In this document: positions 51,570-64,000 of the stretch, piece after piece
Layout: each line of letters starts with the position of its first letter
How positions within the stretch are numbered: position 1 is the stretch's first letter
Assembly: GCF_006345805.1 (NCBI RefSeq)
Contig: NC_042999.1
Span: 68,944,001 to 69,008,000 of the forward strand
Source: Octopus sinensis
Taxonomy: Eukaryota
DNA length: 64,000 bases
Reading direction: 5' to 3'
Program-made: the position numbers and the translations under genes
The notes under the pieces: model-generated
What the model was told of the DNA's origin: nothing
Database searches by the model: none
The model's input: the letters and a program-made list of their open reading frames with translations, nothing else

Positions 51570-51722
51570 ACACTCGGAGTGGTTGGCATTAGGAAGGGCA
51601 TCCAGCTGTAGAAACTCTGCCAGATCAAGATTGGAGCCTGGTGCAACCATCTGGTTCGCCATCCCTCAGTCAAAATCGTCCAACCCATGCTAGCATGGAA
51701 AGCAGATGTTAAACGATGATAA
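51570..51722 (+). mobile_element. Family F SINE-like repeat with (GAT)n tail
   Basis: GGTTGGCATTAGGAAGGGCATCCAGCTGTAGAAACT...CCAACCCATGCTAGCATGGAAAGCAGATGTTAAACGATGAT. Confidence 0.75.
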
Positions 51723-52739
51723 TCATGATCATCATTATCATTATCATTATTATTATTTTTTTTTTTTTTCCAACAGGATTTGAATGTGGAATAAAGAGAG
51801 AAAAAAAAGCTAAATACTGCAAGGAATTTACAGCAACATTCTATCAATTCACAGAAACCCTCATTCAAAATAAATGAAGAAATAAAAGAAATAAGACATA
51901 TTTTTACCAATTTTTTTTATTCCACCTCAATCAGGCATTGTTCAAGATCCATAATCTTGTTAAAGGATTTCAGTGTAAATTTTGTTGAATGGTTTTGGTT
52001 AGAAACATAGAATTGAAAGCTTTGATTCTTCAAGAAAAAATAGAAAATAAAGAATGATGATAAATATGAACTTTTAGCTGCCAAAATTTGATTGAAATTG
52101 GTTCTGCTGCCAAAACAGCATCTGTACATAAGAACACAGAACATCATTGACATATATAGACACATAAATATAAAGGTATAGAGTTAAAATAGCAAAAGAT
52201 CATTTTATTTTGAATTAAAATAACAAGAATTCATTGAGGCATTGAAGAATTTGAAGAAATTGGTATCTAAAATTCTTGCTATGCAAATAGATCTTGATAA
52301 AGCAGTGGTATTTATTCTTTAAGAGTTGTTATGGAAGTAAATATTTCCATATAAGCAATGGTTTTCTTTTTGGCTTCTATTTTAAGTATTTAAGCAAAGG
52401 AGAAAGAAAGGCAATGTCAATAGAATTTGTAAGTCTTCCCAGACCGGTGATTGTTGTACTGTTTGACTTGAACTTCTGTAGGTTGGTACCTACAGGGAAA
52501 TCTACCCTGATACCTCATCAACACTGTTTCATCTCTTTCCATCTCTACCCTAGTTACTTCCATTCACTCTTATATAACATGAGTAGCCATTGTAGCTCCT
52601 TTACAACAAGGAACTTAGTTTGTTCTGGCCCCTTCTTTTATACTTTAATGAATCCTAGTTTTTGATTGTTGGTATTTAGTTTTTGATTGTGTTTTATATA
52701 CAGGGCAAAGAGCCATCACTATTAGACAAAATTTGCATT

Positions 52740-53065
52740 CATCATCATCATCATCATTGTTTAACGTCCATTTTCCATGCTGGCATGGGTTGGACAGTTT
52801 GAATGAGGATTGGCAAGCCAGGAGGCTGCATCAGGTTCCAATCTGGTCTGGCAATATTTCTACAGCTGGATGCCCTTCCTCATGCTAACCACTCCAAGAG
52901 TGTAGTGGGTGCATTTTATGCACCACCGGCACAGGGGCCAGTCAGGCAGCACTGGCATCGGTCACGTTCAGATGGTGTCTTTTATGTGCCACCAGCACGG
53001 GAGCCAGTCAGGTGGCACTGGCAATGACCCACACATGAATGGTGCTTATTGTGTGCCACCAGCAT
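52740..53065 (-). mobile_element. Family F repeat
   Basis: Reverse complement of the 51570 unit, plus GTGCCACC subrepeats. Confidence 0.75.
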
Positions 53066-53149
53066 TCTCTTTCAAAATTGTGTCATGATCTATAGCATAA
53101 GAAATGAGAAGGGGCTTTGAGGGTTGGGAAATGTGGTTCATAAGGGGAA

Positions 53150-53320
53150 TACTGAGGATTGCATGAAGACAGAGTGTCTAATGAAGGAGTGATGATCTAG
53201 GCTGCAGTAAATAGGAAACTGCTTTGTGAGATAAGGGCCAAGCAACAGGGATTTCTCGGTCATGTGATGAGGAAAGAGGGCCTGGAGAATTGGATCAACT
53301 GGAACCCTCATTGTCATAAC
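53150..53320 (+). mobile_element. Short RTE-type LINE fragment
   Basis: DRVSNEGVMI*AAVNRKLLCEIRAKQQGFLGHVMRKEGLEN. Confidence 0.65.
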
Positions 53321-53801
53321 CACTGGAGTGCTACATTTATATATTTATGGATTGTCCAGAGGAAGAAGGACAGCACTAATGATCTTAATGGGGCCTTTGT
53401 GACTGGTGAGAGGCAGAGATGAAATTATCTTCGAACCAAAGACCAAGCTCACACTAACCAGGTTCACAGAAACATGGTTTCCTGCCACCTTTGTTGTTAC
53501 TATTCCAAATCTTGTGCTTCTAAGAACTAACAAGCTGTTAGCTACCTTTGCCTAATCTCATTTTCCGCATGTAATTCTATCCTACCCAACATTGATGCTG
53601 CATCTCACCAATCAGAGTCTGTGGTTCTCTTCCTGTATTTAGGGATATTTACTAACAGAAGTTCAAGCTAAATACCAACAATGACAGCATTGTTAGTTTG
53701 GGAAATTCTGCAGAGATTATACACATCATTTCTTATCTGGAAAAATAGCTTATTTTTTCAAAAATCAAAAATCAGTTTTAATAAATTGCATAAAAAACAT
53801 A

Positions 53802-53902
<101 letters not shown>

Positions 53903-53912
53903 GTGTGTGTGC

Positions 53913-53954
<42 letters not shown>

Positions 53955-54139
53955 TATTCTTAAACGAGAATATTATTTACAGTGACTTTGAAGTGTCGGC
54001 CAGTTAAGACATTGTCGGCAGTTTGGTGATATTCTTGCTTAAGAATAATAAATTTTTACTCTACAAAGGTATAGAGTAACCCATCAGATTAATGTGAAAT
54101 TGTTTTTACTATTACTGAACATAGAAAACAAACATCAAC

Positions 54140-54229
<90 letters not shown>

Positions 54230-54594
54230 ATATATATATATATATAATATAAATAATATATATGTATATATATATATACATACATATATTTATATGCATA
54301 TATACATATGTATATGTACATACTTACATCTATATGTATATATATGCATATGTGGGCACAGGACATCACGAAACATGTACAACAAAAAAACACAAAGGAC
54401 GAGTGCATGGAACATGAATTATTCTTTCAAACAATGAAAGACACAAATAGACTACAAAACAAACAACATAAAGAACGACCCTTCATCAGTTGTCGGCTGT
54501 TTTTCTAGTCTCGAATGTGTGTTAGTATATATATATATAAATATTATAAAGAGCAGGAAAATTACATTAAAAAAATCACAGAAGATCATCATCC

Positions 54595-55160
54595 TCATCT
54601 TCAATGTTTAACATCCGCTTTCCATGCTGGCATGGGTTGGACGATTTGACTGAGGACTGGCAAGCCAGATGGCTGCACCAGGCTCCAATCTTGATCTGGC
54701 AGAGTTTCTACAGCTGGATGCTCTACCTAATGCCAACCACTCCAAGAGTTCAGTCAGTGCTTTTATGTGCCACCGGCACAAGGTCCAGTCAGGCGGTACT
54801 GGCAACGGCCATGCTCAAGTGGTGTTTTTTACATGCTACCTGCACAGGAACCAGTCCAGTGGCACTGGAACGACCTCGCTCAAATGCTCTTTCACATGCC
54901 ACTGGCACAAGTGCCAGTAAGGCGACGCTGGTAACAATCACACTCGAATGGTGCTTTTTACGTGCCACCAGCATGGAAGCCAGTTAGCTGCTTTGGCAAC
55001 GATCAAGCTCGGATGGTGCTCTTAGCGCTCCACAAGCACGGATGCCAGTCATCGAATTTGATTTCAATTTCACTTGCCTCAACAGGTCTTTTCAAGCAGA
55101 GTTTAGTGTCCAATGAAGGAAAGGTACGCATAAGTGGGCTGGTTACACCCCTGGCATAAG
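54595..55160 (-). mobile_element. Family F repeat, long copy with internal ~65-70-bp tandem units
   Basis: Repeating GTGCTTTT(T)ACGTGCCACC.GCAC...GCCAGT...CTGGCAACG...GCTC units. Confidence 0.75.
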
Positions 55161-55195
55161 CCAGATCATTTAATGAACATATTACCTTTTGAAAC

Positions 55196-55466
55196 GAAAT
55201 CCAAAATTGCTAATCTTTATTAGGTAGTACATCCACTTGTCAGAGAAAAGGGTGAATTTCTGTGTAGTCAAACGAATGATAGAGATACTATTTAAAATTG
55301 TATGATAAAGATGTTGTTTAAAAAGTTACTGGTATACATATGCATTCTTTTTTAAAAACATTTTTATCATACGTTTTTAAATAGCATCTCTGTCATTTGA
55401 CTGACTACATGGAAATTCACTCTTTTCTCTGACGAGTGCTAATAAAGATTAGCAATTTTGGATTTC
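55196..55466. repeat. Imperfect foldback with ~125-bp arms
   Basis: GAAATCCAAAATTGCTAATCTTTATTAG...CTTGTCAGAGAAAAGGGTGAATTTC mirrors GAAATTCACTCTTTTCTCTGACGAG...CTAATAAAGATTAGCAATTTTGGATTTC. Confidence 0.85.
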
Positions 55467-55727
55467 ATTCATGAAACGATCATAAGATCTCTCAAATCTT
55501 TTTAAATAACCATACTTTATATATTTACCTATTAATACAATATCATTTATATTTTGGGCATATATCTTCTGTGATTTTTTTTATGTGAATTTTCTTGCTC
55601 TTACTTTATAATTTATAATCACTCTTATTAAATCTCTAAATACCTTTAATGTTTTAGGCATTTCTCTACCAAGAACACTTATTCGAAATTCAGAGCACTG
55701 TATTCTCATTGAATATATTTGATTAAC

Positions 55728-55783
<56 letters not shown>

Positions 55784-56035
55784 ATAATACAATATAATAT
55801 AAAGAGAAGGCCTAGTGGAAATAATAATCTTTTTTGCCCGTTGTCTCACCTTCTAAGATTTTGCTGGAATTAGAATTATGTGGAGAGAAGAAAATGCTTT
55901 AAGGGTGATGCAATTAAGCAATGAATAATTAATTAAAAAAATTTTTTTTTTGTAAAATTTAGGGGAACAAGAAAATGAAAGGAGTAGCAGAAATGGTAAA
56001 AAATTATCATGCAATACATTAGCTATATCACTATA

Positions 56036-56121
<86 letters not shown>

Positions 56122-56244
56122 CAGGGTGGGCCAAGAGTCATTCACAAAATAAGTCTAATATGCTCCGGAATTGTCAAAGACATGTTTCAATTTTTCTAAA
56201 ATTGAATAAAATGTCAAATGTTTTAGACTATTTGGCCGACTCTG
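56122..56244. mobile_element. Small Tc1/mariner-type MITE
   Basis: TA|CAGGGTGGGCCAA...TTGGCCGACTCTG|TA. Confidence 0.6.
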
Positions 56245-56811
56245 TATGTAGTGGAATGGTAAAGATTAGCAAGTTTATTTGCAAAGGTTATTATTGTAGG
56301 AATAGAAAAGGGAAGATATATCCTTTTGGTGTGTCAAAGATGAGGAAGAATTTATAATAGGAAAAAAGCTTAATAAGACAAAAGTGGTTCTGAATTTCGC
56401 TAAAAAATGTAAAATGTTCTGTAAATGGAACGAACTGTTGAATATCAAGAATTAATCTTCAAAGGAGAATAATTCTGGGTTATATATATATATATATATG
56501 CAAATATTTGAATGGGTTACAAAACATGACTTAAAAATGGCTTAACAGATGCAGTCAGATGATGTTATTAAGTTAGACGTGATCTGGTCCAAATTTAGCC
56601 GAAACACATCTAAGTTTAAACAGGTTTGTTACATACACGAAATTCTCAGTCCTTGAGTCACTTTAAAAATTCTGCCTATTTAAATAACAATATATATATA
56701 TAAATAAGCATATAGGGAGAGAGAGACAGACAGACAGACAGACAGAGAAAGTAATTGTTTATGAGCTAAGTGTATCTTGAATTCTAAATTTAACTTGACC
56801 ATTCTCATAAC

Positions 56812-56950
56812 CTGTTGTAACCATTTTCAGTACTTGATGTTACCGGGAAGGACTGTTCAGTAACGGTTTCAACATATTTGATATAGAAGAGTCCTTCATT
56901 TGAAAAATGTGAGTGTAAAGCAACCCCATTGTACTTGGGTTTTTTATCTT
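56812..56950 (-). CDS. Candidate exon (phase 1-2): (E)DKKPKYNGVALHSHFSNEGLFYIKYVETVTEQSFPVTSSTENGYN(R)
   Basis: Acceptor TTTTTCTGTGCTTTATCTGAGCAG, donor CAG|GTTATG, 139 nt open, complex composition. Confidence 0.4.
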
Positions 56951-57672
56951 CTGCTCAGATAAAGCACAGAAAAAAATAATGGAAGAAATCTGAAGAATTG
57001 CTATTCTTATTGGTAACAATGGTACCCTTCTCTGAATAAAATGTGAGTTTTATAAGGCATGAGTAAGAACTGTGAAGCCATAAGTTTAAGAAGCATAAAG
57101 CCAAATTTTTATGTAGATAATCTACAAAAATTTCAGAGAAACCAAATGAGTAAAATTAGTTGGAGGTTTAATGTTAATTCACAAGAAAGACTTAGTGTTC
57201 AGGGATTAAAAAACAAAATGGCTGGATATTAAATGTATTGGACTGTGTATGCAGTAGATTCTGCTGCAATGGTAAGGACATGAAATGAAAATGGATGAGG
57301 GGTAAATACTGGATGAGAAAACATGATAAGGTGATGGTGAAAATGTATCAATGAGTAGAAAATGCCAACAAAAGAATTGGAATCATGTTGGTAGTTCAGA
57401 CAGAGAATGTTAACCCTTTTGCTACCATATTTTTATTGACATTCACAGATTCTGTTTCAGTTAATTTTGGAAAAAAAAATGTAAAATAATTTTGTCATTA
57501 TTAAGCTAGTGTTTGGAACATGAAATTCTATGGGTGGGGGTTATTTAGATCTCTTTAATCATTTTGATGCAAGCCTTCTGTTGAAATACAATAGGTTTTT
57601 TGAAAATACCTTTAATTGAATTGTGATTCAATTTTTTACATATATATAAATAGATAAAACTAATTTATTTAA

Positions 57673-57895
57673 CCCTTTTGTTGCCATATTTCTCTTGAGA
57701 TGATTTGTATTTTTTTCAATTGATTTTAAATATAACAAAGAATTTAGTAAAATAACTTAGTTATCATTAAGCTAGTGTTAGGAACATAAATTGTGACTAA
57801 GGTTTGGTGGAAGATTTTAATTCAAAACTTATGAAAACAAGACATTTTATACTACAGAACCAAAGGCGGTTTCAGTCAGGTTGGTATCAAAAGGG
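57673..57895. mobile_element. piggyBac-like MITE
   Basis: TTAA|CCCTTTTGTTGCC...GGTATCAAAAGGG|TTAA; a partial second copy starts at 57414. Confidence 0.8.
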
Positions 57896-58062
57896 TTAAT
57901 ACTAAAAAAAAAAACAAATTTATATATTTGGATTTCAGTTCAAACTGTACAAGCGAAAAAATGTAATTGTTTCTTCTCGTTGCCACAACTGAGGCCTTAT
58001 TTAATTAAAATAGCCATCTATGTACCATGCTTAATGTATATATATACACAGACTGTCGATAG

Positions 58063-58123
58063 GCCAGTTACTGTGGTATTTGTCCTGAGATAACATCTCG
58101 GGACAAATGCTACAGTAAGTGGT
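58063..58123 (+). other. 24-bp fully paired hairpin (3 G-U pairs), 3-nt loop
   Basis: 58068-58091 pairs with 58095-58118 and extends past one G.G mismatch. Confidence 0.8.
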
Positions 58124-58902
58124 AAGTTGAAAGGGTGTGTATATTAAGTATGATACATGGGTGCGGGGATCAAGGATGTGTTAAACTGTTGCTGAGAGAA
58201 TGGTTCTTTGAGTTTTTTGTTGGTTTTGCTTAATATGTAATGGAAATAAATAAACAAAGATGATAGTTCCGGAGATATAAGAGAGATAACAATGAGAGCA
58301 ATCATCATTATCATCATCATCATCATCATCACTGCAGCTGCCACTACCACCACCATCACCACAGTCATCTTCATTATTGTTTTACTGTCTCCTATTCCAT
58401 GCTTGCATGGGTCAGACAGAATTCAATGAGGCAGATTTTCTATGGCTGGATTTCCTCGTTCCGTTTGTTCAATGTATATTTCTGTATATCTTTGTATCAA
58501 AGCCATTGAAGCAGAAGAAATGTGTCAGATACTTTCCTCAAAAACAGTACATCTTGTAACTCACCAGTGTCAGCATTTTCAAACATGTAAAGAGCAGTGA
58601 AACAGAAAAAAGAAAACAAATCATTCTTGAAAAACAAATAAAGGTTGGTGACAGGAAAGGCATTTAGCCATAGAATCCTGGCTCAAATAACTTTTTGTCC
58701 AACCCATCTCAGTGAAGAGAGAGTGAACACAAAAACGATGATGGTGGTGGCAGTGAAGGTGATGATGGTAATGATTGAAGGTGATGATGACGGTGGTAGC
58801 AGTGGTGAAGATGCTGATGCTGATGGTGATGGTAGTGATGGTGGGAATGATGATGATGGTGAAGATAGTGATCATTCTATTCCTCCCATTCTACATAATT
58901 AC

Positions 58903-58965
58903 CCTTTGTCTCAATGTGTTCCATAAAATAAAATACAAGAAACAGAAGAACACAAACAGGAAATT
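58903..58965 (-). CDS. Candidate exon (phase 1-1): (E)FPVCVLLFLVFYFMEHIETK, hydrophobic
   Basis: Acceptor CTATTTTGTAG, donor AGG|GTAATT, 63 nt; phase fits 56812-56950. Confidence 0.35.
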
Positions 58966-59378
58966 CTACAAAATAGTCCGTTCTTTTTTTAATGTTTTAT
59001 TTTTTTCCCCACCATTCCATTCCACTTTTTGTTATTGCTCACAAATTAATACCAAAAGAAAAAGAAAGTTTGTATTTCATAACAATAATTTCAATCTCTT
59101 TGGTTAAAAACCATTCCATGATTTGGTGGCATTCCAACTTTGACATTGATAAACTGACGGGCCACAAATTGACTAGTAATAAAATTGACGGAATGTCTGG
59201 ACAATGTTAGTGTAATGAACAGGAGGTTGACTGTATTGATGTAGATGATAGTGATGATAACACTGATGGTGGTGGTAGCGTTATTGATGATGCTGCTGAT
59301 GGTGGGGATGGTATTGGTGGTAGTAGTGGCAGTGGTGGTTGCGCTGATGCTAATGATAGTGGTGGTCATGGTATAGAC

Positions 59379-59727
59379 CAGTGATTCCCAACCTTTTCAC
59401 TACCAAGGACCCCCTTATTTAAATGAGTTTTCCCATGGACCCCTTTTAATATGCTTGCCCTTAAAATGGCTTATATATACACATATACATATATATATAA
59501 ACATATATATATATATACTCCTGCCTCTCACTTAGCAGTCATTCTAATAGCTCTTTTGTGTTAATAACGGTCAATCACACAATAATTTCCCTTTGTTAAA
59601 CGGTAATTTTCATAGCATTTTTTTCAAAGCCCGGATAACTGAAGAGATGGCGGCGTGGATTTCCGCCCCGACATCCAAAACTCGGAGTTTTATCATGGCT
59701 ACCAAATAATTGTCACATATTATATTT

Positions 59728-59766
<39 letters not shown>

Positions 59767-60072
59767 AGGCGAGCTGGCAGAAACGTTAGCACCCCGGGCG
59801 AAATGCTTTGCGGTATTTCGTCTGACGTTACGTTCTGAGTTCAAATTCCGCCGAGGTAGACTTTGCCTTTCATCCTTTCAGGGTCGATAAATAAAGTACC
59901 AGTTTCACACTGGGGTCGATGTAATCGACTTAATCCATTTGTCTGTCCTTGTTTGTCCTCTCTATATTTAGCCCCTTGTGGGTAGTAAAGAAATATATAT
60001 ATACATGAAATCTTGAGTTTAGTTCACGGACCGCCAATACTACTTTTACGGACCACAGGTTGGGAACCACTG
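59379..60072. mobile_element. hAT (Charlie-like) non-autonomous element with a nested family A SINE (59767-59995)
   Basis: TIRs CAGTGATTCCCAACC / GGTTGGGAACCACTG; 8-bp TSD GTATAGAC / GTATAGAT. Confidence 0.9.
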
Positions 60073-60570
60073 GTATAGATGCTGGTGGTAGAGGTGGTGA
60101 TGGTGATGATGATGATGATGATTTTTGATGATGGTGAGGAGTAGGAGGATGAGGAGGATAACAATGATGACGGTATGTATAGATGCCAATCACACGGATG
60201 ATGACGGTATTGACCGAGACGACAATAGCGCTGATGAAAATAACGAAGATAAAGAGAAAGGTTGTATTAGTAATAAATAAGGTAAAGATGCAGATGCATG
60301 GTGTAAACTATGAGACAGTGCCAAGAATATCACAAAGGAGGAGGAGGAGGGTTTTCTGAGAATTAAAGAATTTATCGACAGAAGAAAGGAAAAAATATAT
60401 AAATATTGAAAATGAATAGAAAAATAGAAAAAAAGATTTTGTTAATTTTTTTCCAGAAAATTTTAGTAAATTGAAAATAATTAAAGTTATTTCTGTCCAC
60501 CAAATGGACATTTAATTTATATTTTAATCCTTCAAACAGTGCATATACATACTATATATATATAAATACT

Positions 60571-60618
<48 letters not shown>

Positions 60619-61024
60619 TGTATGCATGTGTGCGTAAGTGTGTATATATGTGTGTGTGTGTGCGTGTGGTTATACATACATATGTATATATATACATACA
60701 TACATGTCTATATATATGTATTCATATATATTTATGCCTGTGTGTGTTTGTGTATATATATATATATATATATATTTATACATATCTATATATACATATA
60801 TATATTCATATATATATTTATGCATATATATAGATATATATATATATACATATATCATGATCCTTTTAGCAACCACTTTTCCATGCTTGCATGCATTAGA
60901 TGTAATCCTTTGAAGTTAATTTTGCATGGCCAGATGCCTTTCCTGTCACCAACCTTTGCCTGTTTTCAAGTAAGGTTACATTTATTGGACAAATCAACCC
61001 CGTTACTCATTGTTTTTTGTAAAG

Positions 61025-61285
61025 CTTACTACTTATTCTGTCAGTTGCTTTTGCCAAACTGCTAAGTTACAGGGACATAAACACACCGTCACCAGATGTC
61101 AAGCGATGGTGGGGAACAAACACACACACAACTGACTTCTCTTAGTTTCTGTCTACGAAATCCACTTTTGGTCAGCTTGGGGCTATAGCAGAAGACACTT
61201 GCCCAAGGTGCCATGCATTGGGACTGAACCCAGAACTATGTGGTTGGGAAGCAAACCTCTGACCACAGAGCCACACCTGTGCCTA
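61025..61285 (-). mobile_element. SINE family B, decayed
   Basis: GACACTTGCCCAAGGTGCC...GGGACTGAACCCAGAACTATGTGGTTGGGAAGC. Confidence 0.8.
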
Positions 61286-61639
61286 CTTGAATTTCTTAAA
61301 CAAAGTCACACCTGTGCCTTCTTGAGATTTGTTCAGTTTCCTTAAACCAAATTCACTCACAAGGTTTTGGTTCCCCCAGGACAGCCATGCAGCAATACTG
61401 AACCCAAAAGCAAACAGGTGGGAAGTGACCATCTCAGCCAGACAGCCATGCCTGTGTCTTGGGACACTGAGGTTCTCATGCGTTTGCAATCTGGTATCGA
61501 TACATTTTGAAGAGCAATGGAGGGAGTCATCAACTTCAGATGTCTGTTTGTCTCTGCAGGTGTTTGTATGTGTACATGTGTGTATATGTGTGTGGTGAGC
61601 ATGTATTTGTAATAATAATAATAATAATAATAATGAAAT

Positions 61640-61965
61640 TATTGTATATAGTGCTCAGGTGCACTAGAACTCGTCAAAGGTGTATGCACAGTAAATAGAA
61701 TTATGTACAAAAGTCAGGAAAGTGAACAGTGTATGAGTCATGATATACATGTGAGCATGCGTATGGAGTGGGTGGGGAGATCTCAAGTGTCGTGTTGGCA
61801 AATTTCAGGAAGCATGGAGGTTTTGAAGGATGCAATGTCTCAGCAACTAACAACTGAAGCAGGTAGTTTGTTACGTGCTTCAGCAACTCTGAGTGTGAAA
61901 AAATGTTTGCGAAAGTCAATGGGAGGTGTGCTGTTTTCTGACTTTGCAGGAGGCATGCCCACATT
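61640..61965 (-). mobile_element. CR1 LINE 3' fragment
   Basis: DFRKHFFTLRVAEARNKLPASVVSC*DIASFK, a typical CR1 C-terminus. Confidence 0.7.
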
Positions 61966-62303
61966 CGTTTTATTCATGTATGTGTATGTGTGTAAGGAGC
62001 AGAGAAGATATGGGGCTTCTACAAGTCACAGTGCAGGCAACCTGTCAAAGAAAGTGGTGACTCTGAAAAATAAATGAACATAACATGAATATTGTAAGCT
62101 ATACCTGTTGTTTCTGCTGTGTTGGTTAAATGATGATGGATTTCAGCAGATGGCGAGATGTGGTAAGATTAGTCCAGACTTTGCCAGCATGGAGAAATGA
62201 ACAGAAAGGGAAGGTGATGATGACATATGTATGTATACATGTATGTATGTATGTATGTATGATGTATGTATGTATGTATGTATGTATGTATGTATGTAGT
62301 ATG

Positions 62304-62361
<58 letters not shown>

Positions 62362-62476
62362 TATATATATATATACATATATATAAACACACACATATAC
62401 ACATATATATATATGAATATATATACATGTATGTATGTATATACACACACATATATATATGAATATAATATGTATG

Positions 62477-62511
<35 letters not shown>

Positions 62512-62572
62512 ATATATATATTACTATATATATGAATTATATATACACCACACACATATATATACATTATAT

Positions 62573-62603
<31 letters not shown>

Positions 62604-62730
62604 ACATATATATATGATATATATACACACACACATATATATAACATATCTTATATAGATATATATATATATATATATTATATAATATATATATACCACT
62701 CATAGATATATACACATATATAGATATATA

Positions 62731-63265
62731 TATAATTTCAACAATTGAGGGCAAAATTAATTAATATTAATCATTTCACCAAGTGTTCAGTATGCAAAGG
62801 GACCATTCAAGGCGAATTCAAATTATACATTATATAAAAGGGCTTAGTAAAATAAATTACTTTGCCGCATACTGAAATCATTAGAAATAGCAGCTAAAAA
62901 ACTTTTTAAAACTATTCTAATACTAAAGAAAATCTCTCTCATATATAGTGTTTGCTTAATTCAACTCACAAAAGTGAGTTGAATAAGCAAACACTATATA
63001 TGAGAGAGATTTTCTTTAAGTATTAGAAATAGCTTTAAAAAAGTTTTTTAGCTGCTATTTCTAATGAGTTCAGTATGCGGCAAAGTAATTTATTTACTAA
63101 GCCCTTTATATATGTAATAAATTAGATATATATATATATACCAGATATATAATATGAATATATATATAATATATATATTGTATGTTTGTATGTATATATA
63201 TGAATATTATACATATATATATGAATATATTATATATAATATATGTATGATGTATATATATATAG

Positions 63266-63299
<34 letters not shown>

Positions 63300-63573
63300 A
63301 CATGCATACATCTATATTATATATATATTCATATTATATATATATCTATATATATATAGAAATATATATATATATATATATTATTATATATATATGAATA
63401 TATATATATATATATAATAATATATATATATATATATGAATATATATATATATATGAATATATATATATATATCTATGAATATATATATATTCATATATA
63501 TATATATCATACATATATATATGAACACTTGGTGAAATTGATTAATAATTAATTAATTTGCCCTCAATTGTTG

Positions 63574-63581
<8 letters not shown>
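62731..63581. mobile_element. Foldback of the 3' part of the 1.7-kb Penelope-like repeat
   Basis: Arms meet at CTCAC-AAAA-GTGAG (62970-62973). The arm matches 1911-2150; the right arm is interrupted by (AT)n at ~63120-63520. Confidence 0.85.
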
Positions 63582-63632
<51 letters not shown>

Positions 63633-63662
63633 GCATACATATATTATATATATATATATCAG

Positions 63663-63696
<34 letters not shown>

Positions 63697-64000
63697 ATAT
63701 ATCTATATATATATATAGATATATGATATATATATATATATGAATATATATATATATATATATAATATATATATATAGATATATATGAATTTTTCACTTT
63801 GCAAAAAAAGAAAACATTTTTAAAAGGATTTTTCAATTATTAAATTTATATACATGTATTTTTGGTTTTTGCTTTATCAGTTTGTTCTTTTTTTAAAAAT
63901 TCCTCTTGTGATCACGAAGACAGTTTCAGTGGTGATGACAATAAAGTACATGATGATGATCAGGAGGATGCTGATGAGGATGCTGATAAACAACTATTGC

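Noticed and set aside
56831-56908. Plus-strand segment with a good acceptor and GTGAGT donor
   Set aside because: Stops in all three frames; the minus-strand reading is open instead.
63900-64000. Acidic open frame (DHEDSFSGDDNKVHDDDQEDADEDADK)
   Set aside because: Resembles degenerate (GAT)n seen elsewhere and is truncated by the window end.

Overview
AT-rich, repeat-dense eukaryotic DNA. The (AT)n/(ATAC)n/(CA)n load and the recurring SINE families look like an octopus or other coleoid cephalopod genome; this is inference from recalled repeat sequences, not a search. A 100-N scaffold gap lies at 10714-10813. No complete protein-coding gene is visible, and most ORF-track entries are translated microsatellites. 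Supported content: about five tRNA-type SINE families, a decayed Gypsy LTR element (gag, protease, RT, RNase H, PBS, LTR), several Tc1/mariner remnants, hAT/piggyBac/pogo MITEs, a Helentron-type non-autonomous element, and CR1-like, RTE and R4/Dong-type LINE fragments. Candidate host exons: two on + (3636-3713 and a terminal exon 13081-13179 ending GCC-stop) and two phase-compatible exons on - (58903-58965, 56812-56950). The most interesting signal is a cluster of minimal hammerhead-ribozyme motifs in tandem and inverted repeats at 1.6-2.6 kb (Penelope-like or retrozyme-like), including a U3-A8 covariant core. Other notable signals are many long foldbacks, a SINE family always found in CAA/CAG tracts, a CpG-decay boundary near 46.5 kb, and a 24-bp hairpin with G-U pairs at 58.1 kb. 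All coordinates were read by eye.
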